DNA of 64,000 bases from Spirochaetia bacterium (GCA_965203515.1 OZ241907.1:2496001-2560000); one strand, 5' to 3'. Shown: positions 18,166 to 31,100, counted from the first letter of the stretch. Made by a program: numbers and translations. Notes: generated by a model not told the origin, from the letters alone.

Positions 18166-20696
18166 AGCGCCGGAATGATCAGTTGCCAGTTCGGATAGAT
18201 CAGGTCAGGATTCTGAATCAGGGTCCGGTTGCGCCGCCAGATTCTGGGCCACAGGAACGGATCGCCGTAGTGGAAGTCGTACTCGGCGATACGCCACAGG
18301 CTGTCGCGCCGATCCGGGATGTACCGAACCGTATAGACGGCCAGCACCGCGTACAGCTTGTAGAGGTCCAGGTACCGCCGAGCGTCCTCGAAGAGCGCCA
18401 TGGCCTGACGGTACTTGCCGTCATCGTTCGCCACGACTCCGTCGATCCACAGCGCCTGCGCCTTGCGCAGCGCGCCGGCGTCCTCACGCTCGACCCCGTC
18501 GAGCACCGCCTGCCGTTGCGCCCCGCCGGCGCGCAGCGCGTCCAGCACCTCCTGGCCCGACCACGGCTGCGGCAGGATCACCTCGCCCAGCTCCGTCACC
18601 ACGGTCAGCTCAGACGCCGCTTCGATCTCCTTCATCACCGCGAGCAGCATCTCGGCGGCCCGCTCCATGTCGTCGATGTAGCCCTCATCGGCTACGGCCA
18701 TCAACCTGCGGCAGACCTCTACCGCGGCCAGGAACGCCTCTTCCGCGTCGGTGAGGCGGTAGCTCTGCATCGCTTCCAGACCGGTCAAGTACAGGGCGTT
18801 GAGCTGCTGATACAGCGACTGCATCTGGTCCAGCCGATGCTGCGACCACTCGCTGGTGTCGAGCCGTTGCGCTTCGGCGAGGCAACGCTCCGCCTCCGCG
18901 CGCGCTCCGTACAACACCTCCAGCCGATCCAGGAGCGAGTCCCGCAGGGCCAACATGGCGTCGGCGGTGGTCAGGGCCAACCGGTATGCGCCGAACAGGT
19001 CACCGGACCGGTACAACTCCTCGACCTGCTGCACCGCGTCGACCATCTCCTGAAAGGCGACCGGTACCCAGAGGTCCGCCTGGATCTCCCGCAACTCTTC
19101 CAGCCGTTCGGCCAGCAACTTGCGCAGCCGCTCCGCCGCCAGCCGCACCGAGTTCTCGAACGCCTCGGTCGCGCTCACTTCGGCTACCTGCAGGGCCATG
19201 CGCGCTCCGCCGGGATCGACGTTGAGGAGCCGTTCGGCGGTGCGCAACATCTCGCGAGCCGTTTCCAGGTTCTGCGGATCGTAGAATTCCGCGTTCGCCT
19301 CTTCGGCGCGCGCTATGAGCACGCGGACCCGGTCGAAGTCGGCATCCGTCGGCGCCTCTATGACCGTCGGCCCGCCAGCGCTCGACGGCTGCGGATGAGT
19401 CAGGGAGACCGGCACCGCCATGACGGCCATCAGGGGCGGAGGCGGCGACGACGGCTCGGCCTGCGCGATCCGTTCGCGCACGGCGTCCGCTCCGCCGGCG
19501 GTCATCGGCGGCGCCGGCTCGACCAGCTCGATCCTCGGTCCCATGGCCAGGACCTCGGGATACGGCGGCGGCGCCGGTTCGACTCCTGCCGCCTGCTGCG
19601 CCGGCGTGCCGCCTGCGCCCACGCCCACCGGCGCCACCGGCTCCGACACCGCGTTGACCAGCATCACGCCCGACACGTCAGGGTTCGACGGCCGCCCCGG
19701 CTCCATCAGCGTCATCTGGCCCGGCACGCCGCCCGCGCCTACGCCCACCGGCGCCGCCGGCTCCGACACCGCGTTGACCAGCATCACGCCCGACACGTCA
19801 GGGTTCGACGGCCGCCCCGGCTCCATCAACGCCATCTGGCCCGGCACGCCGCCCGCGCCTACGCCCACCGGCGCCGCCGGCTCCGACACCGCGTTGACCA
19901 GCATCACGCCCGACACGTCAGGGTTCGACGGCCGCTCCGGCTCCATCAGCGCCATCTGGCCCGGCACGCCGCCCGCGCCCACGCCCACCGGCGCCGCCGG
20001 CTCAGCCATCGCGCCGACCAGCATCACGCCCGACACGTCAGGATTCGACGGCCGCCCCGGCTCCATCAGCGCCATCTGGCCCGGCACGCCGCCCGCGCCC
20101 ACGCCCACCGGCGCCGCCGGCTCAGCCATCGCGCCGACCAGCATCGCGCCCGACACGTCAGGATTCGGCGGCCGCTCCGGCTCCATCAGCGCCATCTGGC
20201 CCGGCATGCCGCCCGCGCCTGCGCCCACCGGCGCCGCCGGCGCCGCCATCGCGGCGACCAGCATCGCTCTCGACACGTCGGGATTCGGCGGCCGTTCCGG
20301 CTCCATCAGCGCCGCCTGGCCCGGCACGCCGCCCGCCGGCGCCGCCGGCGCCGCCATCGCGGCGACCAGCACCACTCCCGACACGTCGGGATTCGGCGGC
20401 CGTTCCGGCTCCATCAACGCGGTGAGGTTGGCGGTCCCTCCGGCCCCTGCCAGATCGGCGTCGATGACCGGTTGGGCCGGCTGCGGCAGCGCGGCCGCGT
20501 CTTCGAGCACCGGCAGCATCGGTCTGGCCGGTTCGGCCGCGACGAGCGCCGTCGATGAAGGCGCCGCGACGTCGACGGCGTCAAGGCGCGGCGCCTGATC
20601 CACCGGTCCGGGCGGGGTAACGCAGACCGTAAGCACCAATGGTACTACGGCAGCGATCGCGAGGCGCCACCATCTGCTCATCCAGTGCCTGGTCAT
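18162..20696 (-). CDS. LysM-domain lipoprotein/envelope protein with 40-aa tandem repeats and coiled-coil region
   Basis: Signal peptide with LTVC; C-terminal RDSLWRIAEY...YGDPFLWPRIW..N...IQNPDLIYP LysM. Confidence 0.85.
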   Translation of the reverse strand: MTRHWMSRWWRLAIAAVVPLVLTVCVTPPGPVDQAPRLDAVDVAAPSSTALVAAEPARPMLPVLEDAAALPQPAQPVIDADLAGAGGTANLTALMEPERPPNPDVSGVVLVAAMAAPAAPAGGVPGQAALMEPERPPNPDVSRAMLVAAMAAPAAPVGAGAGGMPGQMALMEPERPPNPDVSGAMLVGAMAEPAAPVGVGAGGVPGQMALMEPGRPSNPDVSGVMLVGAMAEPAAPVGVGAGGVPGQMALMEPERPSNPDVSGVMLVNAVSEPAAPVGVGAGGVPGQMALMEPGRPSNPDVSGVMLVNAVSEPAAPVGVGAGGVPGQMTLMEPGRPSNPDVSGVMLVNAVSEPVAPVGVGAGGTPAQQAAGVEPAPPPYPEVLAMGPRIELVEPAPPMTAGGADAVRERIAQAEPSSPPPPLMAVMAVPVSLTHPQPSSAGGPTVIEAPTDADFDRVRVLIARAEEANAEFYDPQNLETAREMLRTAERLLNVDPGGARMALQVAEVSATEAFENSVRLAAERLRKLLAERLEELREIQADLWVPVAFQEMVDAVQQVEELYRSGDLFGAYRLALTTADAMLALRDSLLDRLEVLYGARAEAERCLAEAQRLDTSEWSQHRLDQMQSLYQQLNALYLTGLEAMQSYRLTDAEEAFLAAVEVCRRLMAVADEGYIDDMERAAEMLLAVMKEIEAASELTVVTELGEVILPQPWSGQEVLDALRAGGAQRQAVLDGVEREDAGALRKAQALWIDGVVANDDGKYRQAMALFEDARRYLDLYKLYAVLAVYTVRYIPDRRDSLWRIAEYDFHYGDPFLWPRIWRRNRTLIQNPDLIYPNWQLIIPAL
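19590..20420 (-). repeat. 120-bp intragenic tandem repeat, about 7 copies
   Basis: CTCCAT anchor recurs at about 19701, 19821, 19941, 20061, 20181, 20301 and 20409; unit MEPxRPxNPDVSGVMLVxAxxEPAAPVGVGAGGVPGQMAL. Confidence 0.95.
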
Positions 20697-20732
20697 AAGT
20701 TTCGCCCGTACCTTCCTTTCCTGTCGATCGCG

Positions 20733-21845
20733 TCAGACGGCGGCGGCCGTAGCCTGGGTGAGAGACGCTTCCGTCTCCAAGTCGAAATAATGCACCCGAT
20801 CCATGTTCGGACGCAACGAGATCTCCGTGCCGACCCGTACGTCCACGTCCGGAGCGACCTTGGCGATGAGCTGATTGGACCCGACCGTCAGGTAGACGTG
20901 CGTCTCGGCGCCCAGCGGCTCGACGACGTCGACCGACGCCGTGATCGTGTCGCCGCGCGTGTCATCCGTATACGACAGGTCCTCCGGCCGTATGCCGAGC
21001 AGCACGTCCCGTCCGACGTGCGACCGCAGACGGTCCTGGTGAGCGGTGGCGACCTCGATCTGGAAGCCGGAGTCGTCGATGATCAGCTTGCCGCCCGACT
21101 CCTTCAGACTGACCTTCAGGATGTTCATCGGCGGCGACCCGATGAACCCGGCGACGAATCGGTTGACCGGCGTGTTGTACAGCGCGAGCGGCGTACCGAT
21201 CTGCTGAATCACCCCGTCGCGCATCACCACGATGCGGTCGCCCATGGTCATCGCCTCTACCTGATCGTGGGTGACGTAGACCATGGTCGCCTGCAGGCGG
21301 GTATGCAGGGACGCCAGCTCCGCGCGCATCTGCACGCGCAGCTTGGCGTCGAGATTGGAGAGCGGCTCGTCGAACAGGAACACCTTGGGCTTGCGGACGA
21401 TCGCCCGGCCGACCGCGACGCGCTGCCGCTGACCGCCGGACAGCGCCTTGGGCTTGCGATCCAGCAACTCTTCGATGTCCAGGATCTGCGCCGCGTCGCG
21501 CACGCGGGTTTCGATCTCGCTACGCGGGTACTTTCTGATCTTCAGTCCGAAGGCCATGTTCTCGTACACCGACATGTGCGGGTACAGCGCGTAGTTCTGA
21601 AATACCATGGCGATGTCGCGATCCTTGGGCGCGACGTCGTTCATGCGCTTGCCGTCGATCGCCAGTTCGCCGTCGGTGATCTCCTCAAGGCCGGCGATGC
21701 AGCGCAGAGTCGTCGTCTTGCCGCATCCCGACGGGCCGACGAGTACCAGGAACTCCTTGTCCTGTACGCTGATGTTGGCGTTGTCGACCGCCTTCACCCC
21801 GCCTTCGTAGATCTTGGATACGTTTTGGAGATCAACGGTAGCCAT
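20733..21845 (-). CDS. Sugar ABC transporter ATP-binding protein (MalK/MsmX/UgpC family)
   Basis: GPSGCGKT, VFQNYALYPH, LSGGQRQR, DEPLSNLD, C-terminal TOBE domain. Confidence 0.95.
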   Translation of the reverse strand: MATVDLQNVSKIYEGGVKAVDNANISVQDKEFLVLVGPSGCGKTTTLRCIAGLEEITDGELAIDGKRMNDVAPKDRDIAMVFQNYALYPHMSVYENMAFGLKIRKYPRSEIETRVRDAAQILDIEELLDRKPKALSGGQRQRVAVGRAIVRKPKVFLFDEPLSNLDAKLRVQMRAELASLHTRLQATMVYVTHDQVEAMTMGDRIVVMRDGVIQQIGTPLALYNTPVNRFVAGFIGSPPMNILKVSLKESGGKLIIDDSGFQIEVATAHQDRLRSHVGRDVLLGIRPEDLSYTDDTRGDTITASVDVVEPLGAETHVYLTVGSNQLIAKVAPDVDVRVGTEISLRPNMDRVHYFDLETEASLTQATAAAV

Positions 21846-21930
21846 GCTCTCTTTCTCCCGGTCCGAGCATGGAGACCATGCCCAGCAGTCGTGTGTTTGG
21901 GCGCAAACGTACCGGCCCTTCGCATCCGTG

Positions 21931-23217
21931 TCAACGCGCCGTCGCGGCGGGTTCCCGGGTCGGGGTTCGCAGAGCGCTCCGGTCCGCGGAAACCGCGCCG
22001 AGCCGCCGCTGCCGCCAGTCGTCGATCGCCCGCGCCAGCGGCGGCTGCTCGACGCCTTGCACCGCGGCGCGCAGCCACGGCAGCACCACCGCGGCGCGCA
22101 ACGCTCCCCAGTCGGAGCTGAGCGCGGCCGGAGCGGTCAGCTCGGCCGCCTCCGGCACGCGCCCGAGCATGAAGGGGTAGCGGGCGGGCAGCTCGTGAGC
22201 GGCCACTTCGGTCAGGGCCGGCAGTCCGCCGGCGATGCCGAACCCGGTGAGATGCTCGCGACGGCCGAGGTCGAGCAGCGCCGCCTGCGTCGCCGGCTCG
22301 AACAGCCACAGCAGGAACGACTGCGCGCCGCGCGCATTGCGCGCGCCCGCGCGGATCGCCGCATAGGTCACGCCGTCGCTCGGCTGCAGCCGGTCATCCC
22401 TGCCGAGCCAGCGGAACCCGAGCAGACCGCTCCGGTCGCCGGGAATGTCCAGAAACCCCTGCAGGTCGGTCACGAAGAAGTCGATCCGGCCGTCCAGGAG
22501 CATCTCCGGGAGTGGGCGGGCGCGCGGCGCGCCGTCGAGCAGGGGAGGGGCGAACGGGGCGCCGGCGGCCGCGGCGGTCAAGCCGCGCGCCAGCTCGACC
22601 GCCCGGTCGACCGCGCCCGGTTCGAAGCCGATCCGGCCGTCCGGCAACAGCCGGAAATCGGCGCCGTAGAACACCGCCGAGCGGTATACCAACTCCGCGT
22701 CCCAACCGAGCGCCGCCGCCTCGCGCCCGGCCAACTCCTCCGGGGTGACCGCGAACGGCGGGACGTCGCCGTCGCGTGCGCCCACCACCACCAGCGGAAG
22801 GCGAAACGACAGCGGCACGGCGCGCTGGACGCCGCGCACGCGGCCGGACCGCAGCAGGTCGGGGAAGAAGGCGGAGGCGTCCAGACGGCCGGGGCGGAAC
22901 AGCCGGTCCAGCGATCGCACCCGCCGCGCCAGGTCGCCGCCGGCAAGTCCCGGCCCGATCAGCACGTCGGCGTCGCTGCCGCCGCGCGCGAGCAGCTCGG
23001 CCGGGCCGCTGACGTACCGGGTGAGCACGCGGTACCGGTCCTGAGCAAGATTGTAACGCTCGGCGTACGCGGCGACATCCGGGCTGGCGGTATCGAGCCG
23101 CACCAGCGGGCCTGACCACGCCGAACAGGCGGCCAGACAGCCAGCGAAGCACAGGCCGAGCGCGGCCCCGACAGCCCCGACATCCGGCAGCCGGCCCCGC
23201 ACGCCGCGGATCGACAC
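21931..23217 (-). CDS. Putative extracellular solute-binding lipoprotein
   Basis: LAAC lipobox, AVPLSFRLP and AQSFLLWLF segments typical of SBP family 1; start uncertain (GTG 23217 or CTG 23244). Confidence 0.6.
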   Translation of the reverse strand: MSIRGVRGRLPDVGAVGAALGLCFAGCLAACSAWSGPLVRLDTASPDVAAYAERYNLAQDRYRVLTRYVSGPAELLARGGSDADVLIGPGLAGGDLARRVRSLDRLFRPGRLDASAFFPDLLRSGRVRGVQRAVPLSFRLPLVVVGARDGDVPPFAVTPEELAGREAAALGWDAELVYRSAVFYGADFRLLPDGRIGFEPGAVDRAVELARGLTAAAAGAPFAPPLLDGAPRARPLPEMLLDGRIDFFVTDLQGFLDIPGDRSGLLGFRWLGRDDRLQPSDGVTYAAIRAGARNARGAQSFLLWLFEPATQAALLDLGRREHLTGFGIAGGLPALTEVAAHELPARYPFMLGRVPEAAELTAPAALSSDWGALRAAVVLPWLRAAVQGVEQPPLARAIDDWRQRRLGAVSADRSALRTPTREPAATAR

Positions 23218-23240
23218 CCGATGGACCGACCGGCAGCGGA

Positions 23241-24587
23241 TCAGCGCCGCGCCGCGCCGCCTCCGGGCTCGCCGTGACGCGCCGCGCAGCGCTCGGCGGC
23301 GGCGTAGATTTCGGCGTACAGCTCCGGCAGGTCGTCGGTGTCGACCCCGGCGAACGCCACGCGCAGGTGTTCGGCGTCGACCGAGATGGTGCCGATGCCG
23401 CGCTCGTACAGAAGATGGCGCCGGACCTCTTCGGCGGTCCCGTCCGGCAGGTGGAAGCACATGAAGTAGCCGGAATTGAACGGCAGCGGCCGGATCGCCG
23501 AGCTCGACCGCCGGCCGAGCTCGCGCACCGTGGTCAGATAGCGCCGCCGCAGCTCCTCCTGGTTCGCGGCGCGCTGCCGCTCGTGCTCCGGATGGTCCAG
23601 GGCGGCCAGCACCAGGTGCTGGGCCATGCGGTTGGCGCTCGACACCGTGGAACGGATCGCCGCCATCGCCTTCTGCTCGAACGCCCGGTAGTGGCCGGCG
23701 TCCAGCCCGGCGGCGCCGACGGTGACGAAGCCGATCCGGAAGCCCCAGACGTACTCCTCCTTGGTCGGCCCGTCGACCTTTACCGCCAGCAGGTTCCGGT
23801 GCAGGTCCGCCAGGCGGGCGAACAGCGATTCCCGCAGCGTTTCCGCTTCATAGCACAGACCGTGATAGGCGTCGTCGACCAGCACCACCAGGTGCAGCCC
23901 GCGCTCGGCCGCGCCGCCCAAGGCGGCGATCAGCCGGTCCGCCTCCGCCCGGTCCGGCGAATAGCCGGTCGGGTTATGCGGGAAGTTGAACATCAGCACG
24001 ACCTTGGCGCCGGTCGGATGCGCGGCGAGCGCCCGTTCCACCTCACCCACGGCCATGGCGGCGTTGGCGGAATCGAAGAACGGATAGCTGTCCACGCGCG
24101 CGCCGCGCCGTTCGTTCATGATCAACCGGTAGTTGCCCCACACCAGGTCCGGCAGCAGCACCGGATCGCCGGCATCGACGAACAGATCGGCCGCCATCGC
24201 GATGCCGGCGGTCAGGCCGGCCGTCACGACCGGCCGCGACACCGGAGACGCCAGCGACGGGCTCTTGGCGCGCAACTCGACCGCCCACCGGTCGCGCAGC
24301 TTCGGAATCCCGGCCGTGGGCGCGTACGCGAACGCCTCCTCGGCGGTCAGATCGGGCAGGCGGTCGGCGATCGACGGCAGGTGCATCGGCTGGCCGCCGC
24401 GGGCGGCCAGCCCCACGGTGGCGTTGAAGCGGCCGGCATGCTCGGCCGCTTCGGCCGACTGCGCCACGACCCCCTTGGGGAAGTAGAGCCGCGCCCCCAA
24501 CCGGGACAGGGAGCGGCCGATCGCGGTCGGCGCCAGGACCCGGTTGAGGTCGGCGGCGAGCGGGTGAATCGCGGGCGGCGCGGACAC
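23241..24587 (-). CDS. Class I/II PLP aminotransferase
   Basis: NFPHNPTGY, DDAY, DGPTKEEYVWGFRIGF; GTG start 7 nt after TATCCT. Confidence 0.9.
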   Translation of the reverse strand: MSAPPAIHPLAADLNRVLAPTAIGRSLSRLGARLYFPKGVVAQSAEAAEHAGRFNATVGLAARGGQPMHLPSIADRLPDLTAEEAFAYAPTAGIPKLRDRWAVELRAKSPSLASPVSRPVVTAGLTAGIAMAADLFVDAGDPVLLPDLVWGNYRLIMNERRGARVDSYPFFDSANAAMAVGEVERALAAHPTGAKVVLMFNFPHNPTGYSPDRAEADRLIAALGGAAERGLHLVVLVDDAYHGLCYEAETLRESLFARLADLHRNLLAVKVDGPTKEEYVWGFRIGFVTVGAAGLDAGHYRAFEQKAMAAIRSTVSSANRMAQHLVLAALDHPEHERQRAANQEELRRRYLTTVRELGRRSSSAIRPLPFNSGYFMCFHLPDGTAEEVRRHLLYERGIGTISVDAEHLRVAFAGVDTDDLPELYAEIYAAAERCAARHGEPGGGAARR

Positions 24588-24594
24588 GCTGCGC

Positions 24595-24623
24595 AGGATA
24601 CGGCCGGGGTATCGCCCGGTCAA
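24595..24623 (-). promoter_or_regulatory. sigma70 promoter of aminotransferase operon (leaderless)
   Basis: TTGACC-N17-TATCCT-N7-GTG on minus strand. Confidence 0.65.
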
Positions 24624-24689
24624 CGCGGGGACCCCCGGGGCCCCCGGCTTGACAGGACTCGGCTGACTCATGTCTGTTCAGGCAAGGAC

Positions 24690-26219
<1,530 letters not shown>

Positions 26220-26241
26220 GGTAAGCCGCCTGTCGTCAAGT

Positions 26242-26287
26242 CCTACCGAAAGGTATGGATAGTGACGGCATGATACCAAACGGTAGG
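26242..26287. promoter_or_regulatory. Tandem enhancer sites TAC-N6-GTA upstream of amtB
   Basis: CCTACCGAAAGGTATG (TAC at 26244) and GATACCAAACGGTAGG (TAC at 26274), 30 bp apart. Confidence 0.72.
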
Positions 26288-26350
26288 ATCGAAGATCGCC
26301 GTTCCTGCCATTCGGTCCCCCCGGTCCTGCCGCCGGCCGCGATCGCCAGT

Positions 26351-26367
26351 CTGGCACGCTCCTTGCT
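26351..26367 (+). promoter_or_regulatory. sigma54 -24/-12 promoter of amtB-glnK
   Basis: CTGGCACGCTCCTTGCT = TGGCAC-N5-TTGC. Confidence 0.9.
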
Positions 26368-26379
26368 TCAAGGGGGCGT

Positions 26380-27735
26380 ATGAAACTCATCCACCCACCC
26401 GCACGCCGTGTCCTGGTCGTGCTGGGCCTGGGGATCGCCGCCGCCGCGTTCGCGGACGACGCGACGGCCGGTTCCAACGCCCTGGCGATCGACACGGTAT
26501 GGACGCTGCTCGCCGCCGTCCTGGTATTCCTGATGCAGGCCGGCTTCGCGATGCTCGAAACCGGCCTCACCCGGGCCAAGAACGCCGCCAACATCCTGAT
26601 GAAGAACCTCATGGACTTCTCGATCGGGTCGCTGGCGTTCTGGGCGGTCGGCTACGCACTGATGTTCGGCGCCAGCCAGGCCGGCCTGTTCGGCGCCAGC
26701 GACTTCTTCCTGGCCGCCACCAGCGCCGCCGGCACCGACGGCGCATCGACCTTCGCGTCCTGGCTGTTCCAGGCGGTGTTCGCCGCCACGGCGGCGACGA
26801 TCGTTTCCGGGTCCATGGCCGAACGGACCCGCTTTCCGGCCTACATGGTCTACAGCGTGTTCGTCACCGCGCTCATCTATCCGGTCGTCGGCCACTGGAT
26901 CTGGGGCGGGGGCTGGCTCGCCAACCTGGACCCCAAATTTGCCGACTTCGCCGGCTCCACCGTCGTCCACTCGACCGGCGGCTGGCTGGGCCTGGCCGGC
27001 GCCATCGTGATCGGCCCGCGGGTCGGCAAGTACGTGCGGAACGGCGCCGGCCTGACCGCGCGCGCCATCCCGGGCCACAGCCTGCCGCTGGCCTCCCTGG
27101 GGGTCTTCATCCTCTGGTTCGGATGGTTCGGGTTCAACGCCGGGAGCACCGTGGCCGGGACCGATCTGAGCATCGCCCTGATCGCGCTCAACACCAACCT
27201 GGCGGCCGCCGCCGGCGCGGTGGGCGCGCTGTTCACCGCCTGGCTCTGGTTCCGCAAGCCCGACCCCACCTTCGCGCTCAACGGCGCGATCGCCGGTCTG
27301 GTGTCGATCACCGCCGGGTGCGCGTTCGTGTCGCCGGCCATGTCGGTCCTGATCGGCCTGATCGGCGGCGTGGTGGTCGTGCTGTCGGTCGAGCTGCTGG
27401 ACAAGGTGTGCCGGATCGACGATCCGATCGGCGCGGTCTCCGCGCACGGCGTCTGCGGCGCCTGGGGCACCTTGGCGGTCGGGCTGTTCGCCGATGAGGC
27501 GATCGGCGGCGTCGCCGGCCTGTTCTTCGGCGGCGGCGCGGCGCAGCTCGGCGTGCAGTTCGTCGGCGTCCTGGCGGTGTTCGCCTGGTCGATGGCGGCC
27601 GGATTCGTACTCTTCACGGCGATCAGGGGCGTCATGGGGCTGCGCGTCAGCCGCCAGGACGAGCTGCGCGGCCTGGACATCGGCGAGCACGGGGCCGAGG
27701 CGTACTCCGGCTTCCAGATCTTTTCATCCCAATAG
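26380..27735 (+). CDS. amtB: Ammonium transporter
   Basis: [54 protein letters not shown]. Confidence 0.97.
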   Translation: MKLIHPPARRVLVVLGLGIAAAAFADDATAGSNALAIDTVWTLLAAVLVFLMQAGFAMLETGLTRAKNAANILMKNLMDFSIGSLAFWAVGYALMFGASQAGLFGASDFFLAATSAAGTDGASTFASWLFQAVFAATAATIVSGSMAERTRFPAYMVYSVFVTALIYPVVGHWIWGGGWLANLDPKFADFAGSTVVHSTGGWLGLAGAIVIGPRVGKYVRNGAGLTARAIPGHSLPLASLGVFILWFGWFGFNAGSTVAGTDLSIALIALNTNLAAAAGAVGALFTAWLWFRKPDPTFALNGAIAGLVSITAGCAFVSPAMSVLIGLIGGVVVVLSVELLDKVCRIDDPIGAVSAHGVCGAWGTLAVGLFADEAIGGVAGLFFGGGAAQLGVQFVGVLAVFAWSMAAGFVLFTAIRGVMGLRVSRQDELRGLDIGEHGAEAYSGFQIFSSQ

Positions 27736-27746
27736 GAGGCACGCGC

Positions 27747-28088
27747 GTGAAACTGATCATCGCGTACATACAGCCGCACAAGCTCAACGACGTGAAACAG
27801 GAGCTCTACCAGGAAGAGGTCTTCAAGATGTCGGTCACCAACGCGCTCGGCTGCGGCCAGCAGCGCGGCTACACGGAGACCTACCGCGGCGTCGAAACCG
27901 AGGTGAACCTGCTCAAGAAGGTGCGCCTGGAGGTGGCGGTGAACGACAACTTCGTCGCCCGTACCACCGACGCGATCATACGCGGCGCCCGCACCGACTC
28001 GATCGGCGACGGCAAGATCTTCGTCCTGGAACTGCCGGAGTGCATCCGCATCCGCTCCGGCGAGCGCGGCGAGGCAGCGATCGGGTAG
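27747..28088 (+). CDS. glnK: P-II nitrogen regulatory protein
   Basis: MKLIIAYI, GCGQQRG..E.YRG, RT..IGDGKIF, IRIRSGE; adjacent to amtB; GGAGG SD. Confidence 0.93.
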   Translation: MKLIIAYIQPHKLNDVKQELYQEEVFKMSVTNALGCGQQRGYTETYRGVETEVNLLKKVRLEVAVNDNFVARTTDAIIRGARTDSIGDGKIFVLELPECIRIRSGERGEAAIG

Positions 28089-28136
28089 CGGGCGGCCCGA
28101 TCGCCGTCACTCGCCATCAGGCGCTGCCACGGTCGG

Positions 28137-31100
28137 TCAGGAGGGCTCCGTCGCGGCGGAGCCCTCCGGTTCGTGGACGCGCGCCGGCGCCAGCCACGCG
28201 CGGTAGGCGGCGTACACGCGATCGGTGACCGCGGCGAGCGTCTCGACCAGCGTCCGCTCGGTCGCCTCCGCTCCCAGCAGGCGGCGCGCCAGCGCGATCA
28301 GCGCCGTGCCGCCGGCCGGAATGGCGTGCACCTGTCGATCGTCCAGCACCTGCAACAGGTGCTCGGTGCGGCGCAGCAGCGCATAATCCTCGGCCAGCGC
28401 CCGCGCCAAGTCTTCGGCGAGCAGACCGGCTTCGGCCAGCCGTTCGATGCCGATCGGGGTGTGACCGGTCAACACCTGCGGATATTCGCGGGCGTTGGTG
28501 AGCTGCAGGCCCTGCACCAGGAACTCGACGTCGCGAATCCCCCCGCGGCCGTTCTTGACGTCGATCCCGCGCCGCAGGCGGGCGACCCCCGGCGGCGCCG
28601 GAGGGGGGACGTGAGCGTCGCGCATCCGGCCGATCGCGTCGGCCACCTCGGCATGGCCGAAGCCGCGCCGGACGACCGGCTGCAGGCGTTCGATCAGCCG
28701 CTCGCCGAACGCGACGTCGCCGGCCACCACGCGGCAGCGCAGCAGCGCCTGCACCTCCCACAGTCCGGCGCGCCGCTCGTAGTAGTCGGCGAATGCCTGC
28801 GAACCGGTGACCAGCTCCCCCGACCCGCCGTACGGCCGCAGGCGCAGGTCGACCCGGTAGGCGTGCTGCTCACCGGTGTGCTCGCTCAGGTCCTGCCGCA
28901 ACCCGGTGGTGAGCGCCGCGGCGCGCTCGTGGAGGTCGGTCCCCTGAGCGTCATCGTACACCGTCACCAGATCGATGTCCGAGCTGTAGTTGAGCTCGCG
29001 CCCGCCCAACTTGCCGAACGCCAGGACCGCCACGCCGCGCGCGTGCGGCTCCCCGAACAGGTCGGCGCCGATCCGTTCCAACGCGGCCGTCACCACCGCT
29101 TCGGCCATCGTCGCCAGCTCTCCGGTGGTCACCGCGATCGGCGCGCCCAGGTAGAAGTCGCGCGCGGCGATGCGCAGCAGCTCGCGGCGGCGAAACAGCC
29201 GGATCGAGCGCAGCCAGCGCGGGCGGTCGGGCGCCTGCGCCGACAGCGCGCGCAGGTCGGCCAGCATGGCGCCGATCGAACGCGGTCCGTGCAGCCGGCG
29301 CTCGTCGGCGATCCAGTCCAGGAACTGCGGATACCGGACCAGCGTGTCGACCAGGAACTGGCTGGTCGCAAACATCGACAGCAGCAGCGCCAGCCGCACC
29401 GGCTGTTCCAGCATGCGCGCCAGGTGCGCCTCCGGGTCGGGCTGCGCGGAGACGAAGCGCTCCCAGTTGTTGAGCGCCATGTCGGGATCGGCGCTGCGCC
29501 GCAGGTCGTCGAACGCCAGGACCATCAGGCGGGCCAGGGCGCGGCGCGGCTCGCCCGCTTGCGAGCGCGACGCGATGCCCGTGACGTTACGCATCGCCCG
29601 CGCCGCATCGCGGAAGCCGGTTCGGCGCAGGAACGCCAGTTCCTCGTCGCCGGGCGGCCGGTCCGACCCCGCGGCGAGCACCAGATCGGCCGGCCCGACC
29701 TGGGCGGCGCCCCACGGCACCGACGCGTCGCCGAAGCGGCGATCGACGAACGACCGCACCGCGGCGGTGTGCACCTCGAAGTCGGTGCGGAGCTGCGCCG
29801 CCTCGCCCAGCCCGCCGCGGCCGCCATAGCCGATGCGGCGCGCCAGATGCGCGTACTCGGCGCTGTCGGTGGCGGGCAAGAGCAGATCGCGGGCTGAGCC
29901 GCGCAGCATGCGGAGACCGTTGATCAGACGCCGCAGGAAGTCGTAGGAGTCAGACAGCGCCTGCGCGTCGCCTGGATCGATGACCTGCAACCGGCGCAGC
30001 TCGTCCAGCGCCGCGTGCACGCTGGGCGTGCGCAGCGCCGGGGTGTCGGAGCCGTGCACCACCTGCAGGATCTGCACCGTGTATTCCACGTCGACCAGCC
30101 CGCCGGGGCTGAACTTGGCGTTGGCCACGCCGTCCGGACACTTTTCGCGCACCTGCCGCCCCCGCAGGTCGGCGATCGACGCCATGTCGAGCGACCCGCG
30201 CGTGTACAGCAAGCTGTCCCGCAGCCGTTCGATACGGGCGCCCAGCGCCGCGTCGCCGGCCACCGCGCGCAGCCGGACCAACGCCAGGCGTTCGTATGAG
30301 AGCGCCGCTCCGTCGACGCCGTAATAGGCGGCGAACGTCTCCAGGCTGCAGGCCAGCGGACCCGATTCGCCGTACGGGCGCAGCCGCGTGTCCACGTCGA
30401 AGATCCCTTCCCGCTTGGCCGTGATCAGCGCCTCCGTGTCGCGCACCAGCCGGTGGTAGAACTCCCGGTTCGGCAACCGGTCGGAGCCGGTCGTGCTGCC
30501 CTGATCGCCGTACACGAACAGCAGCTCGATGTCGGATGCATATCCCAGCGCGCGCCCGCCGAACTTGCCGAGCGCCAGCACCGCGTAGCGCGACTCCAGT
30601 CCCGCGAAGGTGCACGGCGCGCCGTGGCGGGCGCAGAGCGCGTCGAACGCCATGGCGACCGCGGCGGCTACCACCGCTTCGGCCAGCTCGGTCAGGCGTT
30701 CGCTCAGCTCGCGGAAGCCGAAGCCTTCGGTCAGCAGGTGGTCCAGGTCGAGCAGGAAGACCTCGCGGTCCTTGAAGTCGTTGAGCGCCCGCTTCCTGGC
30801 CGCCCGATCGGCCGGGGCGCGCTCCAGGGCCTGAGCCAGCCGCCGGGCGCAGGTGCCGGCCGGCTCGGCGTAACCGGTGGCCCCGGCGTCGCGCAGCCGC
30901 GGCAGCAGCGTCTCGTACTGCAGCCGGACGAAGTCCTCCCACAGGTAGTCGCTGGCGCCGAGCAGCCGCGCCAGACCGCGCAGCACCGCCGAGTCGCTCA
31001 GCAGCTCCGCCCAGCCGCTCCGGGACGGGCGCTGCAGCAACTCGCCGGCCAGATGGCCGAAGCGTCCCAGGGCCGCGAACGGGTCCGGCGCGCGGCCCAG

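Noticed and set aside
19590..20420. Regularly spaced repeats as a CRISPR array
   Set aside because: The 120-bp units are contiguous, in frame within a CDS and have no unique spacers; no cas genes in the window
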